Positions 57,355-64,000 of a DNA stretch of 64,000 nucleotides are shown piece after piece. The notes under the pieces were generated by a model. That model was not told the DNA's origin. It saw nothing but the letters and a program-made list of their open reading frames with translations, and searched no databases. The stretch lies in NCBI RefSeq assembly GCF_009914755.1, contig NC_060925.1, one strand, 5' to 3'. Numbering within the stretch: position 1 is the stretch's first letter; each line of letters begins with the position of its first letter. This DNA is from the human T2T-CHM13v2.0 reference genome, Homo sapiens. A program made the position numbers and the translations under genes.

Positions 57355-58495
57355 GTATGTTGTCAAGCAGTATCCCTCACCCCTAGCCGTAACAGGACTG
57401 AAGCACGCCTACAGTTTCACCTTGGGTTTCTAGACATGTCACCGTTACTTCTTTCTCTCTAACTTCATAGTAGTGAAAATAGTAGTGAAAATAAATAAAT
57501 ATTTATTTATTTATTTCAGGAGTTTGATTCAATTGTGAATTTATTGGAAATAATGTCATTTGTGGAAAGAGCAGTCCCTCTTATGATTATTTGAGAATAA
57601 TACATAGATGCTGTCAGAAATTATACTGTACACTAACTGATTTAAGGAGCTGAAAATTGCATTTTTAAATTACATTCAGGAGATGTTATTACTATAAATG
57701 CATTAAAATAGCAGGAGCTCCCATTGCTGCCCTGATTTATGGGTTTGAGTTTCTTGTGGGGAAATTTCCACTTGCTCTGTAAGTTCAGAATCTTTGAATT
57801 TGTTCACATGTACATATTGAGTGGGAGGCTAAGGAGAGACTTAATAATGAGAAAGATTCATAAATATCACAGTCAAAGGCAGAATTGCAGTGCTTTGCTC
57901 ATTTTGTCAGCTCATTTGGAAATAGACTTATTAAAGTATCTTGTGGTATCCCTAAAGGAATACACAATTGTTTCATTAGGATTTTAATGAAAATATTTCT
58001 GTGGGTATCATTTTCTGCACATTATAACAACTGTTACAATCAAAGGTTTTACATTCTACTATGGGCATATTTAAAAGAGAGCAATTCAATGTCAAAATGT
58101 TGGTAGCTTTTCTTCTCCCTCAATTCAAAACTAGATATTTATATTTTTTAATCTTTTCAACAATTCATAATTTGATTATTAGCGATAAATTGTGAAACTC
58201 TGAAAACTTATATGAGAGCATTGGAAAGTCCACCCAATGCTCATATCAAATACTTAAAAGATTACAGTAGAATAGCATAGACCTGTGTTTGCTAATCTCT
58301 TCTAGAATCTCACTTTCTACTATGCTGCTTTTACATCCAAGTTCTTAGCTAGAGTAGAGCCAACATCAATCTCTTCATATAAGAATGTCAATCTCAAGTA
58401 TAGTAGTTGGCATAAGCTTTCTATCTGAAAAAGTGTAGAAGACAAAACCTACTTAACATTCTTGATACGATGGAAATTGTGTAACAGAGGAAGAA

Positions 58496-58775
<280 letters not shown>

Positions 58776-59003
58776 TAGAACAAAATCCAACTCATGGTAG
58801 GACTCAAGAAATAAATAAACTCCACAAATATATGTTGAGCACCTAATTATTATTATTTGTAATTCAGAGACCTAAAGTCTACTTGGAGAAGCAATGCAGC
58901 ATTAGTATTAGAAGGTACAAGTTTGGAATTGGACTTTGTGAATTTGAATCTTGGTTCTCATGCATATTAGATATATGACTCTGGATAAATTACTCAACCT
59001 CTT

Positions 59004-59192
59004 TGATATGGTTTGGCTCTGTGTCCCCACCTAAATCTTATCCCAAATTGTAATTCCCATATGTCTGGGAGGGACCAGGTGAAAGGTGATTGTATCATGG
59101 GGGTGGTTTCCCCCATGCTGTTCTGATACTGAGTGAGTTCTCATGAGAGCTGATGGTTTTAAAGTGTGGTACTTCTGCATTCATGCTCTCTC

Positions 59193-59271
<79 letters not shown>

Positions 59272-59433
59272 CTGCCTTGTGAAGAAGGTGACTGCTTCCC
59301 CTTCCATCATGATTGTAAGTTTCCTGAGGCCTCCCCAGCCATGCAGAACTGTAAGTCAATTAAACCTCTTTCTTTCACACATTACGCAGTCTCAGCACAG
59401 ATCTTTATAGCAGTGTGAGAATAGACCAATACA
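59004..59433 (+). mobile_element. MaLR solo LTR (THE1D/MSTA-like) with internal (TC)n expansion
   Basis: tgatatggtttggctctgtgtccccacc...accaataca; perfect TSD CTCTT at 58999-59003 and 59434-59438. Confidence 0.93.
59187..59268. repeat. Interrupted (TC)n tract inside the LTR
   Basis: Read directly from the sequence. Confidence 0.95.
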
Positions 59434-60995
59434 CTCTTTGTGCTCCAGTTTCCTTATCTTTAAAATGGAAATGAAAATAGTGCCTGAGTTACAAGACTGT
59501 TGCGAGCATTATACAGTTAATATACTGAAAGTGCTCAGAACTATACCTTGAATATGTATAATATTCTGAAAAATCATTATTGTTATTATCATTACTGTTA
59601 TTTGGATTTTGACATATAACTTCAGCGTATACTTGGATTACATGAACTAGGAAAATCCAAGCCATTATGTCACATGGTGCTGCTGCCTGAAAATTGTTTT
59701 CTTATTAGTAGCCTGGCTGATTTGCTGCTAGGCAATTTATAGGACTAGGTACATTATTTCTTTGGGGTTTATCTCAATTTTGTATCCTTTTTGTTTCTTA
59801 GTTTCCTGTCTTCTCGCAAAAGTTCCCAAAGATGAACATGCTTCATCATGCATTCCCCAGCCCTGTCAACCCTGACACTCTCAAGCTGTCCTTTGGCTTT
59901 GCAGAATTCTCATTGCATTGTCCATCTACGCCAAACAGTCTGAACTCCTCTCCTCCTGACTAGTTCCTTCTGGGAATGCTCTTCCCACACCTAAGGTGCC
60001 AGCTTACTATTTTCTACTTTGCCGATGACCTCAGCATTGGGTTCCCATTATTATTTTACCATCTACACTCTAACCCTGAGAATTGAAAATTGACATAGTA
60101 AATCTTTTGGTTTTCTTGATCCCCCTATAATTTAATAGCGGAGGGGTAGGGTCACTAGTACGAAACCAGCTCTTCTCCTGGTCTTTTTAAATCAAAATTA
60201 ATTTCTCCTCCCTTTGTGCTCATAAGTAATGTTTATGCCTCTATTCACCATTAATTCACCTGCCTGTTAGTTGTCTTTCATAGAAGACAGATTACGTATA
60301 ATACATCCAGCAGAGGGGCCAACCGCACCTTGTATATGGTATGTGCTCGATAAATACTGGCTAAAATTAATTCTTTTGCTCTTCATCCTCATATTCTTCT
60401 CTGTTTACCATTTATCCATAAGTTTCCTATTTATCCAGTTCACTCACACTCTCATTTTCAATAATCTTTAAATTTAAGTATATTCTAAATCTTGCTCTAA
60501 TTTGTCCTAATTACTTAACCTGCTGGTTTTGTGTACTTCTCTCTTCAATTTAAACCTCATGATTAATCACTTCAGTCCCCTCTCTTTTCAATACCCTCAA
60601 CTTTCTTGCCCTCTTTTTCTTCCTTTGTGACCGTCTGGGTAAAACTTTAAAACCAATTCAGGGTGTAATGTTCTTCTATACCTCTCTACTCAGTCTCTGG
60701 AGTACCACTGAAGAAAATTACAAAACCATGAAACTTTCTGCCACATTCAAATGTGTTATGCAGAGACTCGGTTACATGTTCCTCACTAGCTCCCCACCAG
60801 CCACCACTATGTGTAGGAAGCACTCCTTTCCTTGCCCAAGGGCTTGAGTTCAGATCCACTCCCTCAACATCAGCAGTGAATCTCACTTCCTAACTGACAA
60901 GAAAACCAGAGGCTATTAAGTGGGCAACCACAGTGTTTTATGAACTATGTGCTATGCCTAGGTAAGGCAAGTGGTTTACTTTTAATGGGAGCTGA

Positions 60996-61327
<332 letters not shown>

Positions 61328-61696
61328 GAGTTTTTTCTTAAAATTCATAACTCTTTCATATATAGTTAACAAAAGTTGACATAGCATGATTTTTTTCTCC
61401 ATTTTCAGTATTTGTAAATAATTGCCAATACAACACTTAAAATCTAGAAAAATACTTTATTTGGATAAATTTATGAAACAACTCTCTCCACATGCTCATA
61501 TTAATGGCATAGTTTTCTCTTTAAATAATTTATATCATCTACATCTTTCTTCATATTAGCAGGGCATAAAACCATTAGAGAAACATTTATAATTTAATTA
61601 TTAATTTTCCTTGGGGAAATTTCCCTTGTTTCAGAAACTCCACCAAACTCTACAAGAATGAAGCTTTTTCTATAGCAAGACTTCCATGTCTTCCTA

Positions 61697-62044
<348 letters not shown>

Positions 62045-62865
62045 TTATTATCTGTTTGCAGGTTTGTGCAATCACTAAGAAATAGCAAAAATGCCGTTAA
62101 CATAAAAACTAGAAGTGCCAAATTCATAACTGGGTTCCCATATGACACATTTTCAGAAGAACAATTCTTCATTATAAACATTTAAAGAATTCAGCAAGAG
62201 AAAATTATACCTAGACAGGAAATTTAAAAACGGGCATTCTAGCATTAGAACTGACTGAATATAAATGGGCTTAATACATTAGAAAAATAAGCTTTAAAAA
62301 TAGAATTTTCATTTTAAGGCTTTGTAAGCTAATAACATCCCAACCTGTTAAATGTCAAAATAAGTTGTTTCTGTAAGTACTAATTCTGACTTCTTAAATA
62401 TTTAGGATGTTTAGCAATTGTGGATGGTAGTGAAGTGTCGAAGAGGCCTAGAATGCATTCATTCTAGCTCAGTAAGTTCTTAATGGGTCTAAAGTACTCC
62501 CAGGGGTGAGACTGAATTGACTAAGACAAGTGGTAGCAGTACTAGAACACTCCCTAAATTGGACAGCATAGTGTTTGAGGGACCTGGAAAAGGGTAACTG
62601 CATCAAGTGCTTGGTAGACAGGACTTAAACACATTTTAAGCCAATGGCACCATCCCAGGTTCGCTGAACCCTGGGCTATTTGGAAGTAAAAAAGAGGTAA
62701 CCTATAACGCATGCAGAAATGAGAGGAAAAAATGACTGGTCTAATTTTTGTAGCAACAAAAATCTGAAAACAAAGAGAAAGCATCTAATAACAGGGGATG
62801 TGTTAAATAGAGAAATAGAATATGAATGACCCGTTATAAAGATTAAGATAGATCTCTATGCTGTT

Positions 62866-63013
62866 AGTACTCAAAGCAACAATTTTGGTATCACCTAGGA
62901 GTTTGTCAGAAATGCAAAATCTCAGAAATGCTCATCCAGAACTACTGAATCAAAATATACATTTATCAAGATTCCCAAGTGATTCCTATGTCTATTAAAG
63001 TTTGAGAAGTACT
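62866..63013. mobile_element. MER5B-like MITE
   Basis: atcacctaggagtttgtcagaaatgcaaaatctcag...caagattcccaagtgattcctatg...aaagtttgagaagtactg. Confidence 0.75.
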
Positions 63014-63065
63014 GCTCAATATAGAAAGATTTCAATGAGAAAAGCAAATGTAAAGATCTTCATAA

Positions 63066-63378
<313 letters not shown>

Positions 63379-63774
63379 ATTCTGTTTATTCTAAATCAAA
63401 TACAAATACATGCACACACATATAATCAGTAAAAAGTTATTTTCATTGAAAACATGTGATTTACAAAGGGATGACTTGCTCAGACACAAATTTTTGTCAT
63501 CAGATAAAGTGGCAATGCTAAATGGATCAGCCAGCTGTAAAGTTCCCATAGTTGATACATTCCTTAGAACTATAATATTGGAAAAAGGCAGTGAATACTG
63601 TCTTGGCCTGCCTCAGTTCTTTGCCTTTTTTTCACCCTTTTCTGTTCCCTCTGCTGTCTTGATCCATCATCTTGCCCTTTTTGGATCCTGTCCTTTTAGG
63701 ACATATTACAGTCTGGCTTATCTTAAAACTAATTGTGTTATGTGGGTGTGGAGTAGGGGCAGGGAAGTAGCCTT

Positions 63775-63885
63775 CCCTTTGTGAGCTCCATGAGGTTAGA
63801 AGCTGTGTCTTACTCATATCTTCCATTTCCAAGACCTTACACGGAACCAGGCACAGAGTAAGTGTTCAATGAATATTTATTGAGT
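63775..63885 (+). mobile_element. L2 3' end fragment
   Basis: tgtgagctccatgagg...ggcacagagtaagtgttcaatgaatatttattgag. Confidence 0.7.
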
Positions 63886-64000
63886 AAAATTATCTTGGGT
63901 TTGTAATAGTAATAATAAGTATTTAGAATTTTAAGGAGAGTCTTCCTACTCCTGTCTCTGGTTAGGCAACAGCATTATAGGAATGTAAGTATTTCTTAAT

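Larger units (their letters stand above)
58895..59600 (+). mobile_element. MIR split by a MaLR LTR
   Basis: Core reads continuously across the LTR: ataaattactcaacctctt|tgtgctccagtttccttatctttaaaatgg. Confidence 0.8.

Noticed and set aside
59095-59418. ORFs rich in ER/RE or LS dipeptides
   Set aside because: Translation of the (TC)n tract within an LTR.

Overview
AT-rich, repeat-dense primate DNA (AluY and L1PA present; most likely human 1p21). The right half holds the last four coding exons and 3' UTR of OLFM3 (noelin-3/optimedin) on the minus strand, all with canonical GT-AG sites and consistent phases. About 15 kb downstream on the same strand is a full-length RPSA processed retrocopy with an unbroken 294-codon ORF, poly(A) tail and 13-bp target-site duplication. 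The rest is LINE (L1PA, L1MA, L1MC, HAL1, L2), SINE (Alu, MIR), MaLR LTRs, hAT MITEs, a U6 fragment, microsatellites and local duplications. I cannot support a genuinely new biological system here. The best leads are: (1) the intact RPSA retrocopy, which has a cap-derived G, a cryptic splice acceptor, and a substitution matching the asplenia allele R186C; (2) a possible intronic-polyadenylated, coiled-coil-only OLFM3 isoform; (3) a fold-back repair scar with telomere-like hexamers at 8.25 kb; (4) a twin-primed inverted L1; (5) a 118-bp dispersed direct repeat in an intron. Repeat subfamily names and comparisons with RPSA, U6 and OLFM1 come from recalled consensus sequences, not from a search. 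Boundaries of old repeats are approximate.
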